Below, piece after piece: positions 18,884 through 28,299 of a stretch of 64,000 bases of DNA (position 1 is its first letter; the number at the start of each line of letters is the position of its first letter). The notes beneath the pieces were generated by a model, which saw only the letters and a program-made list of their open reading frames with translations, did no database searches and was not told where the DNA came from. The stretch is taken from the IMG/VR virus record IMGVR_UViG_3300037067_007554, positions 1 to 64,000 of that record. One strand, 5' to 3'. Position numbers and translations under genes: made by a program. Source of the stretch: a virus (taxonomy: Duplodnaviria > Caudoviricetes).

Positions 18884-20668
18884 TTAGTTTCTGGCCGGTA
18901 CTCCCGGTCCAGGTCCGAGAATCAGGGTTTCGCCTTGACGGCGACTTTTCTCATCGCTCATCAGGTGTCGAATCGCGTCGGAAATAGAATCGTCCGGGCC
19001 AGACGGTCCGGTCGGCTTGTGGTAACGGCTCTGTGGGTCATGGGCGAAATACTCCAAACAGTTCATTGCGTGGTTGTGTTCATCAACCGGGTCTTCTCTC
19101 GCCTCTTCGTGGTGCAACACCCGCTTGTACATCTCGAATTCATCTTCCATGTACGGAAGGGCCGAACGGTTGTCGTCGGAGTTGCTGCGAAGGATGCGAA
19201 ACTTCGGAGTCCCGTCGTCCCGTAATCCAAGCCAAGTGCGAACCATGGTGCATCGCCCCTGAATGTTCGTACTTCCACGGCGGAAGCTGGACCCCGTAGT
19301 CGCACTGCGGACTCCTCGCCTTTTGAATTCGTCTATGAATTGCTGAACCTGTGTCTTGCCTGTGGCCTGGTCGTGTTTTCTTCCATGTTGGAAGTCCATC
19401 CCAAAAGCGTGGAATCGGTTTCCTTGCGCCTTCATGGCAATTGCTTCAACAACTCGGACGACGGTGTAACCGCAGAGATGCAGTTCGTCGTAGGCGACTA
19501 CGCAATCTCCGATTTCCGGCGGCGAGACGGCGAAGAACACAACGGCCGTGACCGTGTAACCCGGGTCAATCCACATGAACCTGGCCCAGTCATCGGGAAT
19601 CTTCCTGGTTCGCAGGAACCAGTCGATCTTCCCCTGGTACGCCTGCCGGTCCAGAGACTTTGGGTCAGAGACGTTGGGAATGCCATGCACGTCCATCGAG
19701 AACTCGGGATACATCTTGATGGCATCCATGCCAAAATCGCCCATGTCTCTGGACCGGACCACATCTTCTCCCTGAGTTGCCCAGAGTCGAATCGTCTTCA
19801 GTTTGTCGGCCTGCGAAACGTACTCATTATGCGAGAACCGCATCCGAAACTCTTCGACATCGGGGTCGGGCTGCCCCGCCTGGTTGGAAGCCTCCTTGCA
19901 GAGCTTCTGCAAAACGCTGTTTTTGGTCTTCGGCCACACGCTCCAGATGATCTTCCCGCCCCGGGTCGCGGTGCGAGCCATCAACTCGCTAATCATCTTG
20001 CGGTCTTGTTTGAGGTCTTCGTCGATCACGGCCAGGTCTACCGAGTCACCCATCGGAGGCTCGCTACCGGAGCAGAACGTGCGGATTTCCGAGCCGTTCT
20101 TCAGTCGGCATACCTTGAAGATTCGAGGCCCCTTGCTGACCCACGAGAAGCCACCTCCACCCGTTTTACCGTCCCCTTTAATTTCCTCCTTGGGAATTAA
20201 CGGAGGAGCCGGAATTCGTTCTTTTTTGCGGGCCGCGTCCGATGGGTCGTTTGGTTTCCAGGTTCGGTACTTACCAGTGGCAAGGTCCCGAATGATCCAG
20301 ACCTCATCTCCACAGCCAGGCTTGAAAAGTGTTCGGTATAGAGTTCGCCCGATGTTGTCTTGCTCGAAAACTATCATCCACACGATGATGGCCTGGTCAG
20401 ACGGATACTTCTTGTGCGGGTCAAGTCGGCGAACGGCACGAGCAACTTCCTGACACACCGCGTAGGTCTTTCCACTTCGATTCCCGGCGCGAATAATTCG
20501 CACGCTCGCCTTGCTCCGGTGGAACGCTTCCTGGGCAGGCATCGGAGAATACAGACGCACCGAGTCCATCTGGCGACGGTCCAACTCTTCAGTCGAAAGC
20601 TGGACCCGCTTCCGGGCCTCTTCCGCCGCCCGCTGGGCTTCACGTAGAGTTTTCTGGGGGTCGATCAT
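18884..20668 (-). CDS. terL: terminase large subunit
   Basis: Walker A AGNRSGKT, Walker B LAVIDED, RNase H-like nuclease WIDPG..DELH..HAMNCLEY. Confidence 0.92.
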   Translation of the reverse strand: MIDPQKTLREAQRAAEEARKRVQLSTEELDRRQMDSVRLYSPMPAQEAFHRSKASVRIIRAGNRSGKTYAVCQEVARAVRRLDPHKKYPSDQAIIVWMIVFEQDNIGRTLYRTLFKPGCGDEVWIIRDLATGKYRTWKPNDPSDAARKKERIPAPPLIPKEEIKGDGKTGGGGFSWVSKGPRIFKVCRLKNGSEIRTFCSGSEPPMGDSVDLAVIDEDLKQDRKMISELMARTATRGGKIIWSVWPKTKNSVLQKLCKEASNQAGQPDPDVEEFRMRFSHNEYVSQADKLKTIRLWATQGEDVVRSRDMGDFGMDAIKMYPEFSMDVHGIPNVSDPKSLDRQAYQGKIDWFLRTRKIPDDWARFMWIDPGYTVTAVVFFAVSPPEIGDCVVAYDELHLCGYTVVRVVEAIAMKAQGNRFHAFGMDFQHGRKHDQATGKTQVQQFIDEFKRRGVRSATTGSSFRRGSTNIQGRCTMVRTWLGLRDDGTPKFRILRSNSDDNRSALPYMEDEFEMYKRVLHHEEAREDPVDEHNHAMNCLEYFAHDPQSRYHKPTGPSGPDDSISDAIRHLMSDEKSRRQGETLILGPGPGVPARN

Positions 20669-21323
20669 CCTCGACCTCTAGCCTCTTGGGTTCATTCGTC
20701 TCGGATTCTTTGGCCTCAGCAATCACCTCACGCAACATCGGAAACGTCTCAAGAACCTGGGCGATGGCGATGGTTTTCAGGTCCTCCACCATCCGCAACT
20801 TGATTTCCTCGTCCGTCTGGTTTAACAGGTCCGGGGTCTCCTGAATCATCGGGTGAGCGGCGGCCATCATCTTGGATACGGCGTAAAGGGCGTCCAGAAC
20901 GACCTTCCCGCCCGGCTTGTTGATCGCAGCCTCCTCGATCTGTGACCAGTGAAAGGCGGCGAGCATTTCCACTCCGCCCGCCTCTTCCACCAACGCTGTG
21001 ACATAGTTGACGAACTTCGGTGCAGAAGACCCGGTGTTGTCTCGGACCAGCCGTACCAGCTCCTCCATTCGATCCTTGGCCGCCGTAAGCCTGCTGGCTT
21101 CTGCGGCATCGACTCGACACCGAATCAGGCATTCCGAGCAAACGTACCAATCCTTGCCACCAGAAGGATGGCTGTGGTGAAAGTCCGACTCCAAGTGGTA
21201 CCGATGGCAGCAAGGACATTCCTTGGTCTGTACATCAGGTTCCGCTGGATACAGACACACCTGCTCCGTTCTCGGATGCAGAAACGTCGGTTCCTGCTGT
21301 TGCTCGACCGTTGTGATTTCCAT
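20640..21323 (-). CDS. putative terminase small subunit (N-terminal Zn finger, helical C-terminus)
   Basis: Immediately upstream of and overlapping terL; CPCC..CSEC motif; assignment is positional. Confidence 0.45.
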   Translation of the reverse strand: MEITTVEQQQEPTFLHPRTEQVCLYPAEPDVQTKECPCCHRYHLESDFHHSHPSGGKDWYVCSECLIRCRVDAAEASRLTAAKDRMEELVRLVRDNTGSSAPKFVNYVTALVEEAGGVEMLAAFHWSQIEEAAINKPGGKVVLDALYAVSKMMAAAHPMIQETPDLLNQTDEEIKLRMVEDLKTIAIAQVLETFPMLREVIAEAKESETNEPKRLEVEDDRPPENST

Positions 21324-23151
21324 TGGTTCTCAGAATGTGTCCCTCGCCGTCCATCGTGACCCACCAAATCGCTCCCTTGGTCTTGAGGCACGTCCGTGGA
21401 AACGATTCATCTACCGCCCGCTCCACGCCCGGCAGGAACGACATGCCGTAGTCGTGACCGCAGAGGATACCGCCCTTACGGACCAACGGGGCCCATGCGA
21501 GGATGTCAGCCTTCACCGATTCGTAGGAGTGGTCGGCGTCGATGAAGATGAGGTCAAAAAGAGCCAAGTCGCCCGGTCTCAACGCTGTTAGGGCTTGCGC
21601 AACCGTCAAGCTCTGGTTTCGATGTGGCAAGATGGTTCTGTTCAGCCGATCCCCGACGTTCTGGCAGAACGCCCGGTATAGCGAGTCCGGTCCGTAGTTC
21701 CGTGCCCACGGGCCAGTCATGTCCGACACACTGCCCTCCCACGTATCGACGCACCGGATGATTGCATCGGGCGCTGCTTCGGCCATCGCCAGGGCCGACT
21801 GCCCTAGCCAGGAACCAACCTCGACGATTCGCTTGGCATCAATCTCTCGAACCAATCCAGCGAGCACATCGAGGTCTTCCTGGCAGGTCACGTGGCCGAT
21901 GAAGGTGCGGCCACCCTCTTCCCAGACGGGCGGGACGGTCGGGTCGGCAGACTCTTCCGCTAGTCGGTCGTACTCCGCGGAGAACTGCTTCAGTGAACCA
22001 AAATCCTTGCGGAGCCTGTTCAGAAGGGTCTGCTCCTCGGGATCGCAAGGCGGTGACTGCATCTGCTGAGCGGCCATGGCCTCGGCTGCTGACCGCACCG
22101 GCCTCGGTCTGTTCAGGGTGTTCTCGATCTCCTTTGGAGAGAGCATTGCTGGCGGCTGAAGAGTTTCGGCTTTCATTGCCTCTCTCTGCTTCGCCACCGC
22201 CGCCTGTACCTCGGCCATCACCTCCTCGGCGGACTTCTCGGGATGCAGTTCAACGAGCCGAACCTTCTCACTGTTTTTGGCCAATACCGCTTTGACGTAA
22301 TCCTTGTTGATGCCCTCGACCGTTGGCAGGATGGGCTTCCCAACAATTTCGATCTTCGCGTGCCCGCACCAAGCCCACCAATTGCAGTAGACCTTGGTGC
22401 CAGCCAGCGTGGCATTGCGGGTAAAGTACACGTCCTCCGTACTCGCTTTGATGGTGTTGTACGGCGAGTCGGCCCACTCGTAGTCGAACCACGGAGGCGG
22501 CAGAGGGTGCCAGCCTTGCTTCTCACACTTCCGGCCCCAATCCTGCCACGCGGGCGTACCTTCCTCGGGAACGGGATGTCCGATGGCCCGCATGTCGATG
22601 AGGATAAGACCCGTGCATCCTGCGGGAAGACACTCAAATCCGACTCGCTCCGCCGCCTCGGTCCGACTGAAAATCTTCAGCTCAACAGCTTCTTTCTGTT
22701 GTCTGGTGTTTCCAGCATTTGACCAGTGAAAGGCATAGGGGATTTCCTCTCCACCCATGATCGGATGCGGGGGCGGTCCGCAGTACGGACAGTACACGAT
22801 GCACGGCCCGCGGTCGTAGTGCTCGACGAAGAAGTCGAAACTCGACTTCCAAAAGGGTTTGGCGAGCGGATCGAAACCGAGATAGAGGTCCGGCACGGTG
22901 TCGGAGTCGATCATCACCAACACGTCCACACCCTTGTCCAGGGCAGCCTTGAGAGCCCCGTTGCGGGTCATGGTGAGAGGGGTGTCGGCCTCCGTGTACT
23001 TGAAGAGAGTTGGTTCACAACGAGGGTCTTTGTGGACCTCCAGCGTGAAGCCGGCAAGCCAGTCGCCGACCTTGGGGGACTCCGACTGTAAAGACCCATT
23101 CCCGCCGTAAGGAAAGCGACATACGCCACACTTAAACCGTCTTGGAATCAT
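21235..23151 (-). CDS. GT-A (GT2-like) glycosyltransferase fused to a SAM methyltransferase
   Basis: VLVMIDSD, GCTGLILID, STEDVYF..CGH in the N-half; VEVGSWLGQS, LIFIDADHSY, GGILCGHDY in the C-half; GGAG RBS before ATG 23151. Confidence 0.8.
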   Translation of the reverse strand: MIPRRFKCGVCRFPYGGNGSLQSESPKVGDWLAGFTLEVHKDPRCEPTLFKYTEADTPLTMTRNGALKAALDKGVDVLVMIDSDTVPDLYLGFDPLAKPFWKSSFDFFVEHYDRGPCIVYCPYCGPPPHPIMGGEEIPYAFHWSNAGNTRQQKEAVELKIFSRTEAAERVGFECLPAGCTGLILIDMRAIGHPVPEEGTPAWQDWGRKCEKQGWHPLPPPWFDYEWADSPYNTIKASTEDVYFTRNATLAGTKVYCNWWAWCGHAKIEIVGKPILPTVEGINKDYVKAVLAKNSEKVRLVELHPEKSAEEVMAEVQAAVAKQREAMKAETLQPPAMLSPKEIENTLNRPRPVRSAAEAMAAQQMQSPPCDPEEQTLLNRLRKDFGSLKQFSAEYDRLAEESADPTVPPVWEEGGRTFIGHVTCQEDLDVLAGLVREIDAKRIVEVGSWLGQSALAMAEAAPDAIIRCVDTWEGSVSDMTGPWARNYGPDSLYRAFCQNVGDRLNRTILPHRNQSLTVAQALTALRPGDLALFDLIFIDADHSYESVKADILAWAPLVRKGGILCGHDYGMSFLPGVERAVDESFPRTCLKTKGAIWWVTMDGEGHILRTNGNHNGRATAGTDVSASENGAGVSVSSGT

Positions 23152-23289
23152 GCTTGCTCCAATTTGTCTGGGATGCAGAGGGGTACTGCAAACAACACAA
23201 CGCACGGAGAAAGTCGTCTATCTCGTTTTCAAGTCCTCCATACCCGTGAGGGGGATTGGACAGTAGTAGTGTTTTCGGGAAAGTGCCTT

Positions 23290-23323
23290 AAAAACCGCGG
23301 CTAACGGGTTAGGTCAGCCGCGG
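23290..23323 (-). terminator. Rho-independent terminator after the capsid/decoration genes
   Basis: Minus strand CCGCGGCTGAC-CTAACCC-GTTAGCCGCGG followed by TTTTT. Confidence 0.75.
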
Positions 23324-23381
23324 CCCCCTCGTCACCGGTGACATCCCAGACCTCGCCGCACGCTGATTCGTGAGGGGTTGT

Positions 23382-24014
23382 CTAGCTTGCCGTGCCGAGG
23401 TCCACTTCCACGAGGATGGAAGCGTTTGTGTTGGCCGTCGTCTTGGCCGACAACGCCTGAATGCGCTTCCGCATCATGTTGGCCAGCAGTTGGGTGGCCC
23501 CCGTGAGGTCGGCAGCCCCCAACTTGCCGGCGTAGGTCGCCGTCGAGCCGCTCGCCGTGCCAGCAACCAGCCTAGTCCCGACCGGAATCAAGTTCTCGGC
23601 ACCGGCCAGGTAGCTGGTGTAGGCGAGCACCTGCCCCTTGATGATGGCCCAGAACAGGTGACCGTTCGGGACGGCACCGGAGCCGTACCATTCGTCCACA
23701 ATGGCGTCGATGTCGTTGAACGCCGAGGCCGTCGGCGGCAAGTAGACCTTCGACCCGGCCCGCATGTTCGGATAGCCGGTGGCGAAGGACACGGCGTCAC
23801 CGCCGCTGAGCGTGCCGCCCGTGACGTTTCGCAACAGGATCATCGCATTCCGCGACTGGTCTCGCTTGACCATCGTGCTCTTCGGCATGTTGTCGAAGAA
23901 CGCGGTCAGTCCTTCCTTGTAAACGCTGTCGCCGTAGTCCCCCGAGGAGACCGCCGTGCCCGGCGTGCCCCAGGTGTGGCCACGAGGAGGGTTGATTTGA
24001 GTGTGCTCACCCAT
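23382..24014 (-). CDS. capsid decoration/cement protein (putative)
   Basis: Directly downstream of MCP; GAGGT RBS; Gly/Ala/Thr-rich beta protein. Confidence 0.6.
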   Translation of the reverse strand: MGEHTQINPPRGHTWGTPGTAVSSGDYGDSVYKEGLTAFFDNMPKSTMVKRDQSRNAMILLRNVTGGTLSGGDAVSFATGYPNMRAGSKVYLPPTASAFNDIDAIVDEWYGSGAVPNGHLFWAIIKGQVLAYTSYLAGAENLIPVGTRLVAGTASGSTATYAGKLGAADLTGATQLLANMMRKRIQALSAKTTANTNASILVEVDLGTAS

Positions 24015-24077
24015 AGGTATACCTCGCTTTGGTTAGTTAGACTGCTTGGTTACTCAGGTACGTGAAACCACCCCGCC

Positions 24078-25190
24078 TTACTGGGCGGCGTAGGGATACA
24101 ACTTGGCGACGTTCTTGGGCTCGAAGCACCACTGGCCAGCGAACACAGCGGCCCAGAGCATGGTCAGGCCCCGCAGATCCTCGTCCGGCCCCTTCGCCTT
24201 GAACAACTGCTCGTACATGCACCGCAACTCCACTTTGCTGGAGTTGATGATGTAGCCTCGCGTCTGCGGGACGCCGTACTCGGTCGTAACGAACACGCCG
24301 TCCTGGTTGAAACCGTCGCCCTTGAAACCCACGTCCTGGCCAGGAGCCCATGGAACGTTGATGGTCTGCTTCGCCCGCTGAACGGCCTTGTAGATTTCAA
24401 AGTAGTCGGCCGACAACATGCAGAGGTCCGGCATGGCGTCCGGGCCGCCGAGGAGCCGCAGCCACGTCACGGCCTGGCTGATGCACTCCTCGATGTTGTC
24501 GTCCACATTGTTTGTGCCAGCCGTCCAGGACGTGCTGGTGATGTTCAGCAGTTTCGGTGAGGTGCAGTCGGCCTCGGTATCACCCGACCCGTTGGGCCAC
24601 TCGTAGCCCAACGTGGTATTGGGTGGCGTTGCACCGGCTGCGTCCCACGTACCACCTTCGCTGAACAGGTCGGTGGCGATGGAGGCGTAGTCGTCATCCG
24701 GCTGACCGATCCTGTCGGCCACCACGGTCCCCGCTTTAACGGCGAGGAAAGACTCCAAGCCGTGCGGGTAGCCGATGCTGACATAGCCGTCGCAGTAGAT
24801 GGACCAGGCCAACTTGTTCTGGAGGGCCTGACGGATGTCGTCCGTAACCTTGTCCTGGCGCCGGATGATGGCTGCCTCGCCCCGGTTTTGAAGCCGGGTC
24901 AACTCATCGAGGCCATCCGCGGCGTAGAACATACGCCACGGCAGGTCCATCTCGCGGTGCTTGTCGCTCTCGTCAAACTGAAGCGTGCCGCCCGTGTACG
25001 GATGCACGGTCGGCAAGGCGATCTTCAGGGGCCATTGGCATCGATCGCCGTTGTGGTTGTACGACACGCCCTTCCGCTTGGTGATCCGATCGAGGAGTTG
25101 GAAACTCCTCAGTGTCAGGTCCGAGACCTGACGCAGATACTCATGAAGGGTTGTGTAGAACTGGCTCGGAGAAACCGATTGGTCGGCCAT
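24078..25190 (-). CDS. major capsid protein
   Basis: 370 aa after the scaffold; HK97-fold-like pattern (WSIYCDG, PDLCMLSADYFEIY, GFNQDGVFVTTE); GAGGT RBS. Confidence 0.8.
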   Translation of the reverse strand: MADQSVSPSQFYTTLHEYLRQVSDLTLRSFQLLDRITKRKGVSYNHNGDRCQWPLKIALPTVHPYTGGTLQFDESDKHREMDLPWRMFYAADGLDELTRLQNRGEAAIIRRQDKVTDDIRQALQNKLAWSIYCDGYVSIGYPHGLESFLAVKAGTVVADRIGQPDDDYASIATDLFSEGGTWDAAGATPPNTTLGYEWPNGSGDTEADCTSPKLLNITSTSWTAGTNNVDDNIEECISQAVTWLRLLGGPDAMPDLCMLSADYFEIYKAVQRAKQTINVPWAPGQDVGFKGDGFNQDGVFVTTEYGVPQTRGYIINSSKVELRCMYEQLFKAKGPDEDLRGLTMLWAAVFAGQWCFEPKNVAKLYPYAAQ

Positions 25191-25235
25191 ATCGTGGTAC
25201 CTCGCTATGCCATGGGTTGGCTACCGTCCGCCCAC

Positions 25236-26606
25236 TTACCGGGTAGTCCCCGTCAACTGGGCAAAGATGTTGGAAAACGACGGAGGTGCGAGGTCTTGGG
25301 GATGGGCCATGCCCGGCTGTCCGAAGGCACCGCCACGCTGGGCGTCGGAGACTCCGGCAAACTGGGCTTGGCGTTGGACAAACAACTCTTGGGAAGTTGG
25401 CTGGGGCTGGGGAGGCTGAGGTTGCGGTGGGGGGACCGCAGCCTGAACCGGCACAGGAGCAGGCGAGGGAACCTGGTGCTGCGCCACTTGACCGTTTGAG
25501 CCGTTGCTAGCGGCGGCGGCCAATAACTCGGCCATTTGGGCGACATGACCCGGATTTTGTGGGTCGAACCTCTGAATGACGTTCATTGCCTCCAGATACC
25601 GCTGACCGTGTTCAGTCATCTTCGGCTGGTTGGTCAGGGGGTTGACCACGGTGCGTCCGAACTGGTCCACCTCGTAAATCTGGGGCTTCTTCTGTTCGGC
25701 CAGAGCGGCGAGATACTGCTGGTCGGCGTACTCCTTCAGCTTCTGGTCGATATACTCTTTGGTGGCGTAGGTTTCCTTCAGCTTCGGTTCAAGGCCAGGC
25801 ATGATGGCCGCAAGGGGGTCGTGCAGAAGGGTCTCCTGCCGGCTTCGCTCCCACTTCTTGCGGGCGACGTATTGTTGGGGAAGGTCGGGGGCAACGCGGG
25901 TGATGTACGGTTGCTTGACGACCACTTCGCCGTTGGCGTCCAACTCCAGATACTTTTCCATCTCCGGGTCCCAGGCGGGACCATCGGGCCACCACTTCTC
26001 TTCAGCAGGTTGGATTGCAGCGGGGGCCTGCGGGGCAACCTGTTGCTGACCCTGCTGAGCCCGAAACGCCTGCCACGCCTGGTAGTTTTGGGCAGCCTCA
26101 CGCCCCAACTGAAGCATCTGCTGGGTCTGTGGGTCATTCGCAGCACGCACCTGAGCGTAGAGGGCATCCAAAATGTCGTCGTCGCTGGCTTCGCCGAATG
26201 CCGCCGGGTTGATGCCACGAGAGGCCAGTGCATCGCGAAAACTGCCCCATTGCTCGCCTGCCGGTGGCGCCCCCGGAACCTGACTGGCCGGTACGAGCGG
26301 AGCACTGGGAGGCTGCGGTACAGTCGGCTGGCCCGCTTGAGGCATCGGAACCGGCTGTCCAGGCTGGCTCGGGGTGGGCTGTTGCAATTCAGGTGCAGTC
26401 GGCAAACCGGGTTGCGGTGCCGGCGCTCCGCCTTGTGGTGCAGGAGACGGTTGCGGCTGGGCAGAAGGCGCCGAGGGCGGCGGAGAAGACGTGGGAAGCG
26501 GAGGTTGGCCAGTTTGCGGGGCGTTCAGTCCGGTTTGAGAACCAATAGACGAGAAACTGGGCAATCCCTGGTTCAAACCCTGATCTTGTGATAGCGGCAT
26601 CGGCAT
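25236..26606 (-). CDS. capsid scaffolding protein (Pro/Gln-rich)
   Basis: First gene of the late operon, upstream of MCP; low-complexity P/Q termini with a helical core; GAGGT RBS before ATG 26606. Confidence 0.7.
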   Translation of the reverse strand: MPMPLSQDQGLNQGLPSFSSIGSQTGLNAPQTGQPPLPTSSPPPSAPSAQPQPSPAPQGGAPAPQPGLPTAPELQQPTPSQPGQPVPMPQAGQPTVPQPPSAPLVPASQVPGAPPAGEQWGSFRDALASRGINPAAFGEASDDDILDALYAQVRAANDPQTQQMLQLGREAAQNYQAWQAFRAQQGQQQVAPQAPAAIQPAEEKWWPDGPAWDPEMEKYLELDANGEVVVKQPYITRVAPDLPQQYVARKKWERSRQETLLHDPLAAIMPGLEPKLKETYATKEYIDQKLKEYADQQYLAALAEQKKPQIYEVDQFGRTVVNPLTNQPKMTEHGQRYLEAMNVIQRFDPQNPGHVAQMAELLAAAASNGSNGQVAQHQVPSPAPVPVQAAVPPPQPQPPQPQPTSQELFVQRQAQFAGVSDAQRGGAFGQPGMAHPQDLAPPSFSNIFAQLTGTTR

Positions 26607-26684
26607 TGGATAACCTCGGTCTGGGGGTAATGAGGGTTCCTCTGCCGATATTCCACTACCTTGGCTCAATTGCCTCTTGCTCTT

Positions 26685-26737
26685 TTTGTCCCTTTTGGCA
26701 ACATTTGTATAGAAATGGGCACATTTGTCCCTTTTGG
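26685..26737. promoter_or_regulatory. direct repeat TTTGTCCCTTTTGG x2 in the divergent control region
   Basis: Exact 14-mers at 26685-26698 and 26724-26737 between divergently transcribed operons. Confidence 0.6.
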
Positions 26738-26774
26738 ACTGCCTTGCGTCGGCAAGTGAGTAAAGGAATCACGC

Positions 26775-27011
26775 ATGATTATCGACGAGAAGATAGACAT
26801 CGCCGACTTGAAGCCGCTGAAGGAGTTGGCCAGGATTCATCCCAGCCTGAGCGGCAAGCGGCTAAGGCGATGGCACTTGATGGGCATCATGCAACGAGGC
26901 GATACCGACATGCGGCAACGGATCTATATGGACGGTTGGTGGGTAGGAGGCCAACTGTACTCGACCCGAAAGGCGGTACTGGAGTTCTGGAAAAGAATTG
27001 GAGGAAAGTGA
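26775..27011 (+). CDS. helix-turn-helix DNA-binding protein (DUF1580-like)
   Basis: L.P.KELAR..P....RLRRW..MG....VGGQLYSTRKAVLEF pattern recalled as the planctomycete DUF1580 HTH. Confidence 0.65.
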   Translation: MIIDEKIDIADLKPLKELARIHPSLSGKRLRRWHLMGIMQRGDTDMRQRIYMDGWWVGGQLYSTRKAVLEFWKRIGGK

Positions 27012-27316
27012 TGAACTACTCACCTGAACCATGGCGAGTCGCTCTTGATTCACCCTGCCGATACACCGAAGGTACGATTCCCATCCTTGCCGAAGACACG
27101 AATGTCGGATGGATCAACGCCAAGGAAGATCGGGGAGAAGAGAATGCCAAACGTGCTGTGACCTGCGTCAACGCATGTCGGAAAATCAGCACCGAGTACC
27201 TTGAAAGGATTGTCAGTGACGGCCATGTCCTGACTCCATTTCTTCAGGAGGCATTCAAAGCCGGAGACCAACCATACGAACTCCCAGCGAGAGAAGAGGA
27301 AAGCGATGAGCCATAG
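27011..27316 (+). CDS. SPEPW/ACVNA-family phage protein, paralog 1
   Basis: MNYSPEPW..AKRAVTCVNAC. Confidence 0.75.
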   Translation: MNYSPEPWRVALDSPCRYTEGTIPILAEDTNVGWINAKEDRGEENAKRAVTCVNACRKISTEYLERIVSDGHVLTPFLQEAFKAGDQPYELPAREEESDEP

Positions 27317-27680
27317 CCCAGAACCGTGGCAAGGAATCGCCCTTGCTCCCGATTGCTACGAAATCCGGGACGGTACCGGAACGGCCATCGTGACGATGAA
27401 GGAACTCACTGCCACCGTATCCGGCCAGCCATCACAATCTCTCGGGCCTTCGCCAGTAATGTCCTTTGCGGATGCAACTAGGATTCTGGCCTGCGTGAAC
27501 GCCTGCCGTTGTCTTCCAACCGCCTATCTCCAAAACCGATTGGCAGAGGGGAAATACTTAATCGGCGAGTGGCGGATAGACGCCGCAACGTGTCTAACAA
27601 AACTTCCTCCGCTCACGGATCATCAACTGCAAATCGCAAAGGCTGTCAGGGCCACATTCAAGGAGAGATTTGGAACATGA
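27306..27680 (+). CDS. SPEPW/ACVNA-family phage protein, paralog 2
   Basis: MSHSPEPW..ATRILACVNAC. Confidence 0.8.
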   Translation: MSHSPEPWQGIALAPDCYEIRDGTGTAIVTMKELTATVSGQPSQSLGPSPVMSFADATRILACVNACRCLPTAYLQNRLAEGKYLIGEWRIDAATCLTKLPPLTDHQLQIAKAVRATFKERFGT

Positions 27681-27940
27681 GCCACTCACCAGAGCCATGG
27701 TACTGGAAGAACGACACTCTTGATCGCCCATACTGCTTCCTCATGTGTTTGAATGACAATGTTCTCTCAACTGCTCAAGATGAGGAATGGTCTCCATCAG
27801 AAGAAGATGCCAAGCGAATCACGGCGTGCGTGAATGCCCTGAAGGGTGTACCAACGGAGGAACTTGAGGAGATTATCACTGCCGGCCGTGCGTTCATCAT
27901 CGCCGAGTTCATCAAAACGAATCGCGAGGTCCTACGATGA
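27677..27940 (+). CDS. SPEPW/ACVNA-family phage protein, paralog 3
   Basis: MSHSPEPW..AKRITACVNAL; ATGA overlaps on both sides. Confidence 0.8.
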   Translation: MSHSPEPWYWKNDTLDRPYCFLMCLNDNVLSTAQDEEWSPSEEDAKRITACVNALKGVPTEELEEIITAGRAFIIAEFIKTNREVLR

Positions 27941-28299
27941 GCCATAGCCCAGAACCGTGGACGTATAAACCCTACTACCCCGTTCCCTACGACAGCGACT
28001 ATATCATTCAGTCTGGGTTAAACGAAGTAGCGGTCTGTCATAAGAACGCCCAGCGAGACCAAAATGGTTTGCCGTTTGGCGACGCTGCCCGCATCGTGGC
28101 CTGCGTCAACGCCTTCCGCGGCTTTCCCACCGAGGCCATCGGGCCATTTATGGAGAAGATACAAGAAGCGATGCGGCTGTCTGACCGACTTTTCACAACC
28201 ACGACATCCGGTGGTGCTCGCGACGATGTGGCCGATTTGATGGCCGCAGCCTTTTGGATTCTTCGCGACCACGGCATGGAGTGGAAGGAAGCCACATGA
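27937..28299 (+). CDS. SPEPW/ACVNA-family phage protein, paralog 4
   Basis: MSHSPEPW..AARIVACVNAF. Confidence 0.8.
   Translation: MSHSPEPWTYKPYYPVPYDSDYIIQSGLNEVAVCHKNAQRDQNGLPFGDAARIVACVNAFRGFPTEAIGPFMEKIQEAMRLSDRLFTTTTSGGARDDVADLMAAAFWILRDHGMEWKEAT

Noticed and set aside
25536-26591. 351-aa plus-strand ORF
   Set aside because: Antisense to the scaffold gene; its composition mirrors the scaffold's codons.
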